Shown: positions 23,962 to 37,507, counted from the stretch's first letter. The stretch: 64,000 bases of DNA from Hyaloraphidium curvatum SAG 235-1 (GCA_025558095.1 JAIVFI010000005.1:558001-622000), one strand, 5' to 3'. Program-made: numbers and translations. The notes: generated from the sequence alone by a model not told the origin.

Positions 23962-25759
23962 ATGAAGCGTCCAGGCCGTGACGCAATGGAAGAAGGTCCC
24001 CAGTTGGAGAGCGACGCGTCGTCGGAGCTGAGCGAGCACTCGGACTCCTCGGACTCGGACGACGACCGGCGAAAGGCAGCGGGTTCAGCGCCGCGGCCTG
24101 CGGCCACCGTACCTCCTTTGGCTCGCACTGAGGCCCAACCTGCCGAGGCCGTGGAGCCGGAGCCCGTTCCGGAGATTCTGGACACTGCCCCCCACGGTCG
24201 AAGACCGAGGCGATCGCCACCTTCTCCAGTCGCAAGGAACGCAGAACCTCAGGATAATTGTTCTGTGCCTAGTCCAGCGGCATCCAGCCCACGGGGACGG
24301 TCAAAGTCGGTCACTATGGAGGTTGATGAAGAGGCCAACCTCGGACAAGGTCGCAAATCTACACGCGGCCGCGAAAAGCCGTCCAAATCTTCTGAGCCCG
24401 TCGAGATTGAAGATAGGGCGGTCGGTGCAAGCGGAGGACGTGGCCACCAGAAGGTTGCACGCCATCAGTATGCCCGCCTCTCGAGCGCATTGCACACGGC
24501 GGAGGAGAAACCAGACTATGATCCCAACACCGTGACGGGCAGCCCTGCGTCCCCCCGTGGTGTACTTCGAGAACGGCGACATGGTGAGCGCGCATCCATC
24601 GCCCGTCTATGTGCTTTGCTCATGAAGAGTCCAGAAATCATTGGGCTTCAAACTGTTTTCGATTCTTCCCGAGGAAAGCCGGTCGCGGCTTACCAATCTC
24701 CTTCCCGAGTACGAAAGGGAGAAGCTGAAGGCGAGCAGTGTTTTGGCGGACAAGGCTGCCGTGAATGAAACAGTGAGGGGCCTGGTGGAAAATTTCCGAG
24801 CTATTCAGCTCCGGGATCGCACGGCCGCGGACAAGCGCGGTGCCTACAGCGGAGAGGAAGACCCTACGCCCGAGTACGATGAGGACGCTGTCAAGGCCGC
24901 TTTGGACGGGTACCGCAGATTCGCTGCCGAGCACGCAAATACCCCCGTTCCACCAGAGGCCCTGCGGAAGCTTTTCGAAAGCAACCTGTTCCTGCAAACG
25001 GACTTCGACATCTGGCGGAACGAAATCGCTGTCGGCCACATGACTCCTGCTTTCCTTGCCGGGTTTGAAAAGTGGGCGAAGGAGAAGGAGCACACGACTT
25101 CGCAGAAAGACCAGCATTTCGAGGCGTGGTGGGGTGAGAGGCGGATCGAACGAGGCTGGTAGCAGGGTCGGAAAGCTTGCCCTCGCACGCGAAAGGCATT
25201 GACTAACACTTACCGCCACTCAGGGCCTCGAGAGAGATCACCCTACTAATGCTCATCAAGCGGAAGCTGGTATTGGCGGGCGACAGGCTGGTGTTCCGGC
25301 GCAACTTTTCCTTGATCAAGAAAGAGATTGAGCGAACCGTCGAGGTGGGAGTGGGGTCCGAATTCTGCACACCAAGTTTCTCACTCAAGTGGCCAGATTG
25401 AAGGCGTGGACATATCGTCCGGCCTGACGATCAGGATGCTGCCCGGAGGGGAGGGTCAGGAGGGCTCCGCGTCGAGCGCGGGCATGCTGATCGAAAAGTT
25501 GGACGCCCCGACTGCGATTGAACACGCCATTTTGGACGCCGATGGCCGCGTGGGAAGGCTACAGAGGCCCAACGGGAACGCGTGGAAGTGCCTGAAGCTT
25601 CTTCGCCAGGGCGGCGATGGGACGTGGATCGATCTCGGGACGCTGTGGCACGTGAGGTTGGACGAGTGGGAGCGCAAGACCGGGCAGGTCAACTCCCGGG
25701 AGGCAGCAGCTGCAGCCAAAGAGGAGAAATCGGGCAAAAGCAAGGGTAGGCGAAAATAG
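23962..25759 (+). CDS. Asx-homology (DEUBAD) protein with C-terminal RAMA-like domain; apparent 1-bp frameshift in the C6 run at 24551-24556
   Basis: DEUBAD pattern LFSILPEESRSRLTNLLP...FESNLFLQTDFDIWRNEIAVGHMTP...KDQHFEAWWGE. C-terminal ITLLMLIKRKLVLAGDRLVFRRNF...PTAIEHAIL...RPNGNAWKCLKLLR...DLGTLWHVR. Removing one C at 24551-24556 puts intron 24584-24634 in phase. Confidence 0.75.
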
Positions 25760-25873
25760 AAGCAGCCGTTCGCGCCCAAAGTCGATACCGGGTTTGATCT
25801 GGAGCGCCGGTGGCGGCCCCCGATCAACCCGCGCCTGCTCGTCGCACAGAACCGCGTGCGCGTCGTTTGCGAA

Positions 25874-26662
25874 ATGGCGTCCTCCTCGGCAACATCGGGG
25901 TCTTCTGCTTCGGCATGGGCCCTTTCCCTGCCGTCAACATCGTCGGCCGTGGCCAGGAGCGGGTTCGCCGAGCCGGCCGGCTTCAGCGCGTCCTCGTACG
26001 AGATTACCCGGCAAACAGGACCCGGCAAGGTGGAACGCTTCTCGAAAGAGCGGACGGACGGTCTCTGATCATCCCTGGATCGCGCAGAGGACAGACCGTA
26101 CGGTGGCCGCCGAGGACAACCAAGCCGAGCTGAAGCTCAAGGTTCGTCGACCCTGCGCCGGCATGGCTGCGCTTACGGCACGCTCTAACGTCTGGCACGG
26201 GCCCTCGCAGAAAGCCTGGGACGTGGTCTCGAACTCGGCGAAGGGCATTCCGATGAATGCCTTCATGCTATACATGTCCGGAGGCGGTGTCCAGATTTTC
26301 TCCATCATGATGACAGGAATGCAGCTGTGGAACGGCTTCCAGGGCCTCATGAACACGGACAAGGGTGGGACGAGGATCCGCGTGTCCGCGGCGGACTTCT
26401 GACAAGGGTGCCAACTGCAGTCTTCGAGCGATTCGTGATTGCGCCCGGCCCCACCAACCTAGCCAGCTTGGTCCAGCGCTCGAACCCGAATGCGCCCCTA
26501 CTTGGTCCTAAGCTGCTGTACATCCTGCTGCAGCTGGTGATCGCGGGTCTAGGACTCTACAAGATGTCGTCGATGGGCCTGTTGCCCACCGCGAAATCGG
26601 ACTGGCTGGCTTGGGAGTCGCCGCAGCCGTGGACTGAATGGAGCGGAGGCGGAGTGCGGTAG
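25874..26662 (+). CDS. EMC4: ER membrane protein complex subunit 4
   Basis: KKAWDV...KGIPMNAFMLYMSGGGVQIFSIMMTGM and YKMSSMGLLPTAKSDWL motifs. Three introns. Confidence 0.93.
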
Positions 26663-27223
26663 CTTTCTCGTGCGAGAAAGGGGAAACAATACCACGGTGT
26701 CGAGCAGGGCCGGGCCGGGCCTCGAATCCGAATAGCAGACCGGGAACCAGTTTCGGTCGGATACACCCGTGGATGTAATTCACGTCGGCTTGGACACGGA
26801 TCTTACGCTCCCGCGTTGATTTGCTGGGTCGGGGGCGTCGTTGTCAGCAGAGCTAGGTCCCTCTGACTACTGACGAACGCCCGCCCAACGCGCCCGCACA
26901 GCGTGTCCAAAGCGAGCAACCCGCGATAGGCCGAACCTCTATTAGGGAGCCGTCTGCTAGGCTGGGCTTTCCCTGTTGGCCGTTGCCCCTTGGCCCACCG
27001 CGTGGCACAGTTGGCCTGCCAGGGACTGCGCGGGGTCTACCCCACGCTACATTGCGGACCGAAGCGGCGCACCAGGCCGGATCATGACCATTCGGCTTAG
27101 CTAGCGCCCTTCTAACTCCGTCGCAACTGCGAGACCGACCCTGCGCGCGTGCCACTGCTGCAGGATCAAGTAATGGGCGGCCAGGGAGCACGCGTCGTCG
27201 GCTGAACAGCCTTTGCGACGCCA

Positions 27224-30200
27224 ATGGACGGGGATCCGCCCGTAGAGACTCTGCTGAGGGAAGCCAAAGGGCAGTACGCGGTTGGAAAGCGCAAGGTGGG
27301 GTTGGGCAAACAATGGTTCATGGCCTCGTCCCAACGCGGCCGCCCGACAGGACGCCTACCATGTTTACATTCGCGCCTTGGAGTCTATCGTGAAGGAGTT
27401 ACGGGATCCTCTGATTACCGGAGATGGTGCGCGGCTGCCGAAGCTCCCAAACGGGGTTCTGACAACGTTGTTTCCGCGCAGATAGGGACACTCCGACACG
27501 ACGCGAGGTTGCCCTCCGAGCAATGTCCACCGCGAGGACATGCTTGGACGAAGCCGGTCAAATCCTTCGATCTCTGCCGCCTCCTGGGATCGCTCCCCCT
27601 GCCCCTCCTTTCGCGTCGCGGTCTGCCCCCCTGCCCGCGCCACCTTCCAACGCACCTCCCCTGGCTCCTTTGAAGCCGCCTCGACTCCCTGTTGCTGCAG
27701 AAAGTTCTGCGGAAGTCTCTGCTGGTCCTGGAAGCGAGGACGGCACCCCACCGAGCAGCAGCATAACCGGAACGCCTCCCGCTTACTACGATGCGAATCA
27801 GTCGACGGAAAAGCCCAAGCCGAAACCTCCATTGCCGCCCAAGCCCCAGGGCGCGTCCACTTGGACGGCGCCCTTGCCGATGCCGATGCCTCTTTCCGGA
27901 GACGGCGGCACACCTGGACCCGGCTCCGCACCGCCTCCCAGCGTGTCGTCGCCGCTGCCAAACGCCACGCCTTTGATGCCCCCCGCACTTCCGGCTCGAG
28001 CAATTGCAAAGATACAGACGACGGAGATCTTATCCAAGGATCTGGATGCCCCTGCAGTGTCCGGAGGTCCTCCACCTCAACCGCCCCGGCCGACGTTACT
28101 TGGCGGGCGGCCACCCGTTCCCCCTCCCATCGTTGCGACGCCGTCTGCGACCGTATCCTGGTCATCTTCCGTCGGCGCCATTGGAAGTAGCTCGGAGTCT
28201 TTCGGTGAGGCGGGCTCCGACAGCTCGCTAACCGAGCATCGGGCGCCATCTTCAGCGTCGCCGACGCCTACTTCCTCGCGACCTCGATCCGTACCGGGGC
28301 GATTGGAGGGCAATCTGAAAAGCGACGTTTCACCGGGTCCGATGAGGCCTGCGAGTTCTTACTCGACGCAGCAGCAGAAGAAGCCGGGCGTTCCCAAGTC
28401 GTCCTTGGTCAAATGGCACAGCGACCTCGTCCAGCAGCTCGACCGCGTCTCCGCAGATCTAAAGCAAGTGCAGCTCGGAAGGGGCCGGAGGCACAGTGAT
28501 AGCGACTTCTCCGAAGGAGCGAAGACCGCCGTTGGGGACGTGCAATCTGCTTACGTCGCTGGAAACGGCGATCAGACGACGCTGTCCAGCAGCAACTACC
28601 TCTTCAACTCGTCGTCTCCTGACCCGGATAACGTGAACCATCTCAAGGGCTTGAAGGCTACGTTGGAGGTCCGCGCGGGCCGGGTCCTGTATCTCATCGA
28701 CCTTGCGCGCCGTACGAGTCTGCTTCAGCTCAAGCCGCACCATCTGGCCCATCAGCTTACGATCACGGAGCAGTTGCTGTTTCTCCAAATCAAGCCGCAG
28801 GATCTCTTGAACCACCACCCTCCACAGAATCCGAACCCAGCAATCCAAGCTTCCACGGACTTCTTCAACTACATCGCCCGCATCGTCGAGCACTCGATCC
28901 TGTCCGAGCCGACGCTGACAAACAGGGCGCGTGCCATCCACCAGTGGGCCAAGGTTTCGAGCCACCTGCTCCAGATCAGGAACGTGCAGACCCTGCGGGC
29001 CGTTTCTGCGGCGATGCGAACCCCCCCGGTGGTTCGCCTCAAAAAGACGTGGGCCGTGGTGCCCAAGAAGTCGATGAACTCGATCGAAGCCATCAGGAGC
29101 CTGCTCAGCGAGCAGAATAACTACTACGTTTACCGCGAATGGTGCGCAAGGGGCGGGGGCATAAACATCTCGGACATTCTGGGGAGCGCGCCGACGTCCA
29201 TCTCTTCGAGCCACAGCCACGGATCCGCGCTGCGCCTTCCGCGGCCCGCGGTCCCGTTCTTCGGCATTTTCATACACGACACGTACTACCTTTTGGCCGC
29301 GATGAAGAAGGAAGGCGTCGTCGGTCGTGAGTGCCGTCTCTCGTGTAATCGGTCGTCGTCTGACACCGCGGCAGCTTCAGGGACTTTGGACAACGAGACG
29401 GTGCTCAAGGATAAGCGAGTGCAGGACATTGTGGAGCAGATCGTCTACTATCAGTCCGGCGGCACTTACGCGCCTGTTTCGGGCGGAAAAGGGGACCTTG
29501 CCATGGGTAGCGGGAGTCGCGAAAGCAGCAGGGACTCGTTACACTTCAGGGAAGGTGGCACGCTCGGCGTGCTCAAGGGTATCGGGAGCGCCACGGCGAA
29601 TCTCGCTCGGAGGAGCACCAAATCTAGTGGTGTCGGCGCTACCGACGGTCCGGCCACGGCTGGAGCTCCCAACCTTCCTCCGACAATCGTGTCGGGTTCT
29701 GTCGACGAGCAGCTAAAGGAAATGGACGACGAAACCATGTCGCTCTTTACCCAGCATTGGATCCTTTCCCGCGATTGGTACACGGAGAAGGAGGTCGACG
29801 ACCTATCGGTCCAACGCGAACCGAAGGTGGAAGAAGACGTTCCGAGCCATTCCTACAGCGGACCCACCGTGGTGCATGTCGCCGAGAGGGCGGCGTCGTC
29901 GGCGATCTCCATGAGCTCAACCAGCACTGGAGTCACCCTCGTGGAGCGCGACAGCAACCGCGACAGCGTGGCGTCCAACTACCACGCCTTCCGCGACTCT
30001 ACCGCCTCCGATGTCTCTTTCTCGGAGATCGTGGACGCCGCAGCGGGGGCTTCCCAGGGTGCGAAGAAGTCATGGAGTCTGAAGAAGATGATCGGAGGGT
30101 TTTCCATCAGCGGAAGACCGGACAGCATCGCTTCGGATGCTATCGCGGAGCACCAAGGCCCCGAAGAAGAGCGGCGGGACGAGAAGAGAAAATCGGGCGG

Positions 30201-31062
30201 CGATGTCGTGGGGGAACCATCGACGGCGCCCGCAGCGTTCGGAACGCGCCCCAGCTCCGGCGCCTCGCCAACCCCGCGAGAGCTCATGGCACAGGCCGGC
30301 ATGCAGGCCAAGTCGTTGGCTGGGAAGCGAGGAATGGGATCTGGATCTGCTTCCGGAAACGTGGACGGCTCTTCGCTTGAGTTTTCGGACTCGTCGATCC
30401 TCAGCTCGCCCTTCTCGAGTCCTGGAACGTCGCGGCCAACCAGCGCGATTTCCACGCCAAACAACGCGAGCCTGGACGATGTCGAACCTCCGGGACCGCT
30501 GCCTGTGCGCCAACGGTCTTCGCGTTCCCCAGACCGCGACTATTCCTCATCCGCAGGCAGCACCGTCAGCGATCTTGCGCCTCGGCCCTTTTCGTATTTT
30601 GCACCGGCGTCTGGTGGAGCAATCGCATCTGATGCGATTGTTCAATCGACCGTCCACCGTCGGACATACAGCGGCGGCGATTCGCCCGTCTCTGCTCCGC
30701 CTGGAAAGCCCCCGCTGGGCGAGGATGCCCCTCGGGATGGCGGTGCACATGGATCCTTTTCAACGCTCAAGGCACACCAGCGAACGCATTCTGCGGGCCG
30801 GATGGTGGCAGGAATTCCGCCCCCTGCCTTCGGTGGTCAGCCACAGGGCCCGAGTCAGGCGGAGAAGTCGCTAGCAAGGCGGTCGACCGCGGCCACGGTG
30901 GCACGGATGCCTCCTAGCCCCGGTAAGGAGCGGCCTTTGTCTGCTGCGTCTGCAGCTGGACCCAAGGGACCTGTTGACCCGGGGAATGAGGCGAAGAGGA
31001 AGGCCATGAAGGGCGTGGCTCTCCCGGGGATGGCGGCGGGGCCAGGCGGGGCCCCACCTTAG
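27224..31062 (+). CDS. RasGEF (CDC25-homology) domain protein with N-terminal MIT-like helices and Pro-rich regions
   Basis: LAHQLTITEQLLFLQIKPQDLL, FNYIARIVEHSIL, RARAIHQW, PPVVRLKKTW, NNYYVYRE and PAVPFFGIFIHD in the 1179-aa ORF. Upstream small exons inferred. Confidence 0.85.
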
Positions 31063-31628
31063 CTTCTGCACGGTTTCTTGAGGTCTCATGGTCTGTTGTT
31101 TCGTCGTCATGGAATGTCTATTGCTGCGCCGTTCGCCCTTAAGGTCCGGCCGCGTCTCCCACTCAAATCACTCCGGCGCAGCATGTGTCGCGCGGAGCGT
31201 CAGCTCGCCGCGTGGGAGGCGCTGCCGGACCTGGCGCCGCCGTTGAGGTGCGCAGGGCCACGGCGCGTCCCAGCTCGCTGAGCAGCGCTGGATTGTGCAT
31301 CCGGTCTCTCCTACCCGGTACGTGTTGTGGTAGCTACCATCCAATGACAGCGAGCCCCAAGTCAAATCCACATGCAACCCTTAGGCCTCGATCGCGCCGT
31401 GACTGGTTCTCCCAATCATCGTCATCATTGCCGCGCGGTGCCAGACTGTTTGGGGGTTTGGCGGACCTTGTCAGGAGCAGGCTGCTTTTTGGCGGGAGCG
31501 GGGGTGGCTTCGCAGGTCGACACAACTCCGAAGGCATCGGTGAATCCAACGGCGTCCCTATTAAAACTCGTACAAGAGGCCTCTCTCCGTCTTCCCTATC
31601 CAATTGCAGCGCCCGTCGTCCCTGAGGC

Positions 31629-34500
31629 CTACTTCTGCCTGAAGTTGCAGAACCACAAGCACAGGTACGCCAGGATGAACCAGCCCACGCCCGTGATGAA
31701 CGCAACCGCCTAACAGCACAGAGTGAGCTCCGAACCGACGCCGACGCCCGTAGCAGCAACTTACCACGTAGAAACCGTCCGAGGTCGCTGCAAAGTTGTC
31801 CTTGCCGGGACCGACGATCGCACCCGACGAGTTACGGACGTACCACTCGAGACCACTGATGGCGTCGAGGAAGCCCTCCCCGGTGTCGAAGACGCACGGC
31901 GTGAAGCCCGGCAGCGGGTTCTCGACGAGCACGGTGGCCATGTTCATGATGCTCTTGGCCGTCACCGTCTGGTTGAGCGCCTGTTGGATCGCGGCCGTGT
32001 TGCTGGCGGGGATGTTGGCGGCGGCGGCAAAGACGGCGGTTGCGGCGGCGACGATGCTCTGCAGGTTCGAGATCACGTCGGCGGGATTGTTGGCCGCCTG
32101 GGCGGTGGCGAGCGACGTCTGCGCATTCTTGAGCGTCGTGCCCGAGTTCCAGAAGCTGGTGATGGTCGCGTTCTGCTCCGCCGTGGCTTGCGGGAAGGAA
32201 CCGAACGAGTTGAGCGTTTGCACGATGGTGGGGTTGGCGGCCGCCGCCTGGGCCGTGAGGTTCTTGGCCGCGCCGTAGTACCCCGTCAGAGCGGTGCCCC
32301 CCAAGTCGAGGGGCTTGATGAGGCTGGTCTGCGGGTCGTCGGTCTGGGTGCACGACAGGGGTTCGTCGAGGGCCTCATGCCGCACGACGGGGACGATGAA
32401 GCTGCGGGCGTACGAGAACCACGACCAGAACTCGCGGGCCGAAGGCGAGCGCGGGAAGAGGAAGGCGTCCGTGCAGTAGATCTGATGAGGCGGAACGGGT
32501 ACGTCGGTCGCGTCAGCCCAGGCGCGAACGAGCGAGCGTGCCGGCGATGCAGACCGAACTAAGAGCCAGACTGTAGAAGAAGTTGAGCGTGAAGGCCGCG
32601 TTGGCGTAGGGGATCGAGGCGGCGCCTGTGATGGTGCGACGTCAGAGGCACGCACCGACGACCGCGCACGACAAACGAACAGTAAGCGCAGAGCAGGTTC
32701 ATCCCGGTCGAGCCGAAGGTCACGGCGACGCCAAAGCCGAGGTACATGCCCACGTTGCGCTGGATCCACCCGGACATGGTGAACATGATCGCGCCCTGGA
32801 GACAGTGTCCATCGAGGTCAGATCGCTCGCGAAAGCGGCCGTTGTCGGAACCCACCTGGACCAGCATGATGCACGACAAAAAGATGAACTCGACCCAGAA
32901 CATGACGAGCAGGTGGCCGAATCGGTGGTAGTATCCTGCAGCTTCCTCGTGGTAGTAGGCCTTGCGCTTCTCGACCCAGTACGCGATCACGGAGGAGCCC
33001 CATCCGGGAATCATGACTGCGTAGGCAAAGATCTCGTTCTCGCGCGACAGCATGCCGGTGAGCGTGCGGGGGAGATTGAAGAAGGCACCGCCAAAGAAGA
33101 GCGCGACGATGATGGCCGAGATGATGCGAGAGGTCGACATGACGGGGTTGCGCGCGTAGACGAGCACCTGGCGCTTGAAGAGCTGGAAGAACTGCTGCCA
33201 GACGGGCGCGACCTGGTAGAATCCCATCTTGTCGGCGAATGTCGGCGTCTGGTCGGCCTTGGACACGACATCGTTGATGGAGCCCTGGCCCGAGTGGATT
33301 GCCTCGACCTTCTTGGCGAGGATGGTCCTCTCGGCCGAACCCTCCCAGGCCTCGATGAGGCGGTCGGGCTGGGCCGCGAGGGCGTCGGCGTAAATCTCGG
33401 CTGGAACACGACGATCGTCAGAGTGATCCGCCGCGGCCAGCCCGCCAGAACTCACCGGGGTTGCCGGCGACGGGGATGCCGAGGGACTCGAAGTACAGGA
33501 TGGCATCGACGACGCGGCCGTAGTAGCAGAGCTTGCCCTTGGCGAGCATGAGCAGGTAGTCGAACTGCGCGAGGATGGTGTAGGACGGCTGGTGGATGGT
33601 GGCGACACAGGCCAGCATACGCAGGCGCGTGACCTCGACGACGTTGGCGATGATCTCGCGGCCGGTGTTGGAGTCGAGGCCGGTCGTGGGCTCGTCGAGG
33701 AAGAGCACCGAGGCGACGGGGAGCAATTCCATGGCGACGTTGAGGCGCTTGCGCTCGCCGGTGGACAGGCCGCGCTGGAGGGCGCCGCCGATGCGCCGAT
33801 CCGAGCAGTACCCGAGGCGCATGACCTCGAGCACGTCGGAGATGCGCTGCTCGCGCTGCGGGGTGGTCCAGTTGGGCGGCAGCCGCAGCGCGGCGCCGAA
33901 CTGGAGCATCTCCTTGCAGGTGAGCTCGGGCGTGAGCAGGTCGTCCGAGGTGACGTAGCCGGACTCCTTGACGAAGGTGCGCTTGGAGAGCAGGGCGCCG
34001 TTGAGGCGGATGTCCTGCGTCCACTTGCCGGTGGTCTTGCGGAAGGCCAGGATGTCGAGCAGCGTCGACTTGCCGGCGCCCGAGGGGCCCATGATGGCGA
34101 GCGTCTCGCCGGGCTGCGGCGGGGAACGGTCAGGCGGGTCGCGGCACCGGCGCGGCGAGGCGCACCTTGCAGTAGCCCGAGACCATGTCGAGCAGGACCT
34201 TGGGCTTGCCGTCCGACTTGAGCACGCATGAGATGTCCTTGAACGAGAAGAAGGCGGGGTTGAGCTGGTTCGGGTCCGTCACGGCCCTGCAAGTCGCGGG
34301 TCAGAAGGGCGCGCCGGGAGCGGCAGCTGGACTCACCAGGAAGCCAGCCGCGCGATCTTGTCGCCGGCCTTGGGCAGGGCGATGGACGCCTGGCCCGTGG
34401 CGATCTTCTGCTCGCCGGCGGCGGCCGCCGCGTCCTGCACGGTGGCAGCGGCGTCGGCCACCACGGTCTGCGCCGCGACGGTCTCGGGGGCTCCCGACAT
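31629..34500 (-). CDS. ABCG half-transporter B, copy 2
   Basis: Translations identical to 18492-21363 in all tracked frames. Confidence 0.92.
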
Positions 34501-34936
34501 GGCTTGGTTGGCCCTCGGTCGATTGGAGCAGTGCCTATAGGCTGCCTCAGGCGCGAACGGAACTGATGGCTGTTGACCACACCGGGCGGCGACCGTGGGA
34601 GACAGCCTGGGTCCAGGCCGTGGCAACAGCGGCGAAAAGGGGGACGGGTACCGCACTGGTCGAACCAATCGAACGTGCATGGAAGGACTCAAGACACCGC
34701 CGAATAATTCATCACAAGCATCGGAATTAGCCCTGTAGAAGGGAGGACGGTCGCGGTGCAACGGAAGTGTGGGTCTCGACTTTCCGGTCACCAGGTGCAA
34801 TCTATCTGTCTCCGAGCCGCCACCTGGTTGCTGTCTCCCAACCCCGCCACCCCTCACAAACGCCGCTCCCTAACGACCAAGGCAGCCTGCGAACGCAAGA
34901 CCAGCTCCACTCCGAACTTGCGCCGCACGTCCAGAC

Positions 34937-37507
34937 ATGGAGGCGAACCCCAGCGCCGCGGCCGCGAGCGACCACGCCGGCTGTACGGATCTCCTTTGCG
35001 CCCACCGGACTCCTCGCTCACCAGCACGCTCGGGACACAGACACCGTGACGTGGGAGAATGTCAACTGCAAGCTCAAGTCTGGCGGGCTCTTCAGCAAGC
35101 CCAAGGTCGTGCACTCCCTCATCGATAACACCGGCTTTGCCCGGCCCGGAGAGTCGCTGGCCATCATCGGGCCCTCGGGCGCGGGGAAGACCACGCTGCT
35201 CGGTGCGTCGGTTGTCGTCCCTAGCGTTTCACGCTGCTGACCGTAGGTGCCTCGTCAGACATCCTGTCGCAGCGCAAGTCGCTCGGCGAGATCACCGGCG
35301 AAGTCCTCGTCAACGGCACCAAGCCCGACGTCTTCTTCAAGAGGCGGCTCGGGCAGATCACCACCATGATGGCGCACATCCCCACCATGACCGTGCGCGA
35401 GACGCTGATGTTCGCCGCCGAGTGCCGCATGCCCCGCAACTCGACCCACGAGGAGCGCGTCGCCCGCGTCGACGAGGTCATCGCCGGGCTCAAGCTCACC
35501 AACGCCCAGAACACGCCCGTCGGCGACGAGCTTATCCGCGGCGTCTCGTCGGGCGAGAAGAAGCGCACCGAAGTCGCCACGGAGATGATTGCCCGCCCGC
35601 GCATGCTCTTCCTCGACGAGCCCACTTCGTGAGTTGCAGGGTTTCGCCCCGCCCGATCGCGCCGCTGACCCTCGCCGCCTCTGCAAAGGGGTCTCGACGA
35701 CTTTGGCGCCCGCTTCACCATGGAGCTCGTGCTCAAGTATGTCAAGTCGGAGAACGTGTGCGTCGTCATTGGTGCGTTCGAATCGCTGCGTCGTGCACCT
35801 TATCCCCAGCTCACGCCAAACGGATGGCACGTCCAGTCATCCACCAGCCTTCCGAGGCCGTCTTCAACCTCTTCGACAACACCATGCTGCTCTCCGAGGG
35901 CCGCACGTGCTACTTCGGCCCCGTCGCCGCCGCCGAGCCGTACTTCAGCACGATGGGCTACCCGACGCCGAAGCTGCAGAACCCCATCGAGCACTACCTC
36001 GACGTCATCAGCGCCAACACCCAGGCCGCCGCGACCTACTACGACAAGTCGCCCCTCGCCGGCGCGAACCTCGCCGAGCTCAACAGGCTCAAGTCGCAGA
36101 CCTACAGCGCAGTGAGGTACTCCGAGCACATTGTCGAGAGGCAGTGGTGGGACCTCATGCGGCTGCTGGGCTGGCGCTGCCTCATGCGCTACTGGCGCAA
36201 CCCCTCGACCTCGTGGGGACGGCTGTTCCTCTTCCTGGTCTTGGCACTCTTCATGGGCGGCATTTTCTACGGCGTGAGTACATCCGCTGCTCGGTGCCGC
36301 GGACTGCCCCGGCTCACCGCTGGCCTTTCCGCACCAGATCGACCCCACGAACCTCGGCACCCTGCGGCAAATCACGACGACCTACACCTTCTTCTCCATC
36401 TTCGTCGCAATTGCCTCGGTGCCCCAATTCCTCGAGGACCGCGAGCTGTACCTGCAGGAGATGGACGGCGCCTTCTACACGACCCCGCCCTTCTGGCTCA
36501 CGTACCTCGTCCTCGAGGGCTGCTTTGTCACCGTCATCACCACCATCATCATGATCATCATCTTCTACATGGCGAACCCCTGGCTGTCGTACGCCTTCGG
36601 CCGGATCTATCCCATGATGTTCCTGCAGTTCTGGCTCGCCACCGCCGTCGCCCAGGCCTGGTCCGCATGGTCCAAGACCCTCGTGCAGGCCTACACCGCG
36701 CTCTGGGCCGCCGGCCTCATCTTCTGGATCTTCTGCGGCGTGCAGGCCCCGCTCGACACCATGTCCCCCGGCTTGCGCTGGATCGCCGACGTCAACTACT
36801 GGCGCTGGTGCCTCATGTACGTGTGCTGGCAGATCTTCTACGACCTCAAGGTGCCCTGCGGGCCTCTCCCTTCGGCCGGCATCTCCGAGGCCGTGGCCAG
36901 CGGCTTTGCGCACGCCCAGAACGCCAGCTTTGTCGCTGACAAGGCCAACGCCGTCGCCGTCACCACGTTCTGGTGCGTTTGCCTCCTTGATTCCGCAACG
37001 AGCACGCGCGCTAACCTTGTCCCAGGGCCGGCATGGACGTCGTCAACGCCAACACCGAGACCGCCAAGCTCCAATCCGTCACCCCCGCGACGCAGGCCGC
37101 GCTCGCCGCCAACTCCCTCGCCATCCAGAACCGCCTCGCGCCGGCCTCGACGACCCCCGGAAACTTCACCACCCAAGCCCAGACCACGCGGGTGCTCGGC
37201 GGCTACTCTGTGTATGACGCCGGGACGACCGCGGCAGAGACGGCCGTACGGGAGCCGAACATCTTCCCCGCCGGATCGTACTGCCCCATCGGCCAGGGCG
37301 CGGACTTCATCACCTACATCAACGGCGTCAAGCCCAACGACATTGCGACGACCAATGTCAGCTACGCCGTCAACTCGGCCTTGTTTGTCTTCTTTGCGTT
37401 CATGTGCGTGTCTCGCTTGCGGTTCGACGATCGCCCCGATGCTGACCACGCTCAACTCCAGGGGTCTCACGGGTCTCATGTTCTCGCGCAACTACCGCAA
37501 GCGCTGA
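34937..37507 (+). CDS. ABCG half-transporter A, copy 2
   Basis: Translations identical to 15486-18056. First intron 34983-35040 gives MEANPSAAAASDHAGYTVTWENVNC. Confidence 0.92.

Noticed and set aside
26850-27120. Possible structured ncRNA (RNase P/MRP- or SRP-like): aggccgaa can pair with ttcggctt, and ttggcc recurs
   Set aside because: Conserved-region consensus not convincingly met by eye. It needs an Infernal/Rfam scan, so it is not called.
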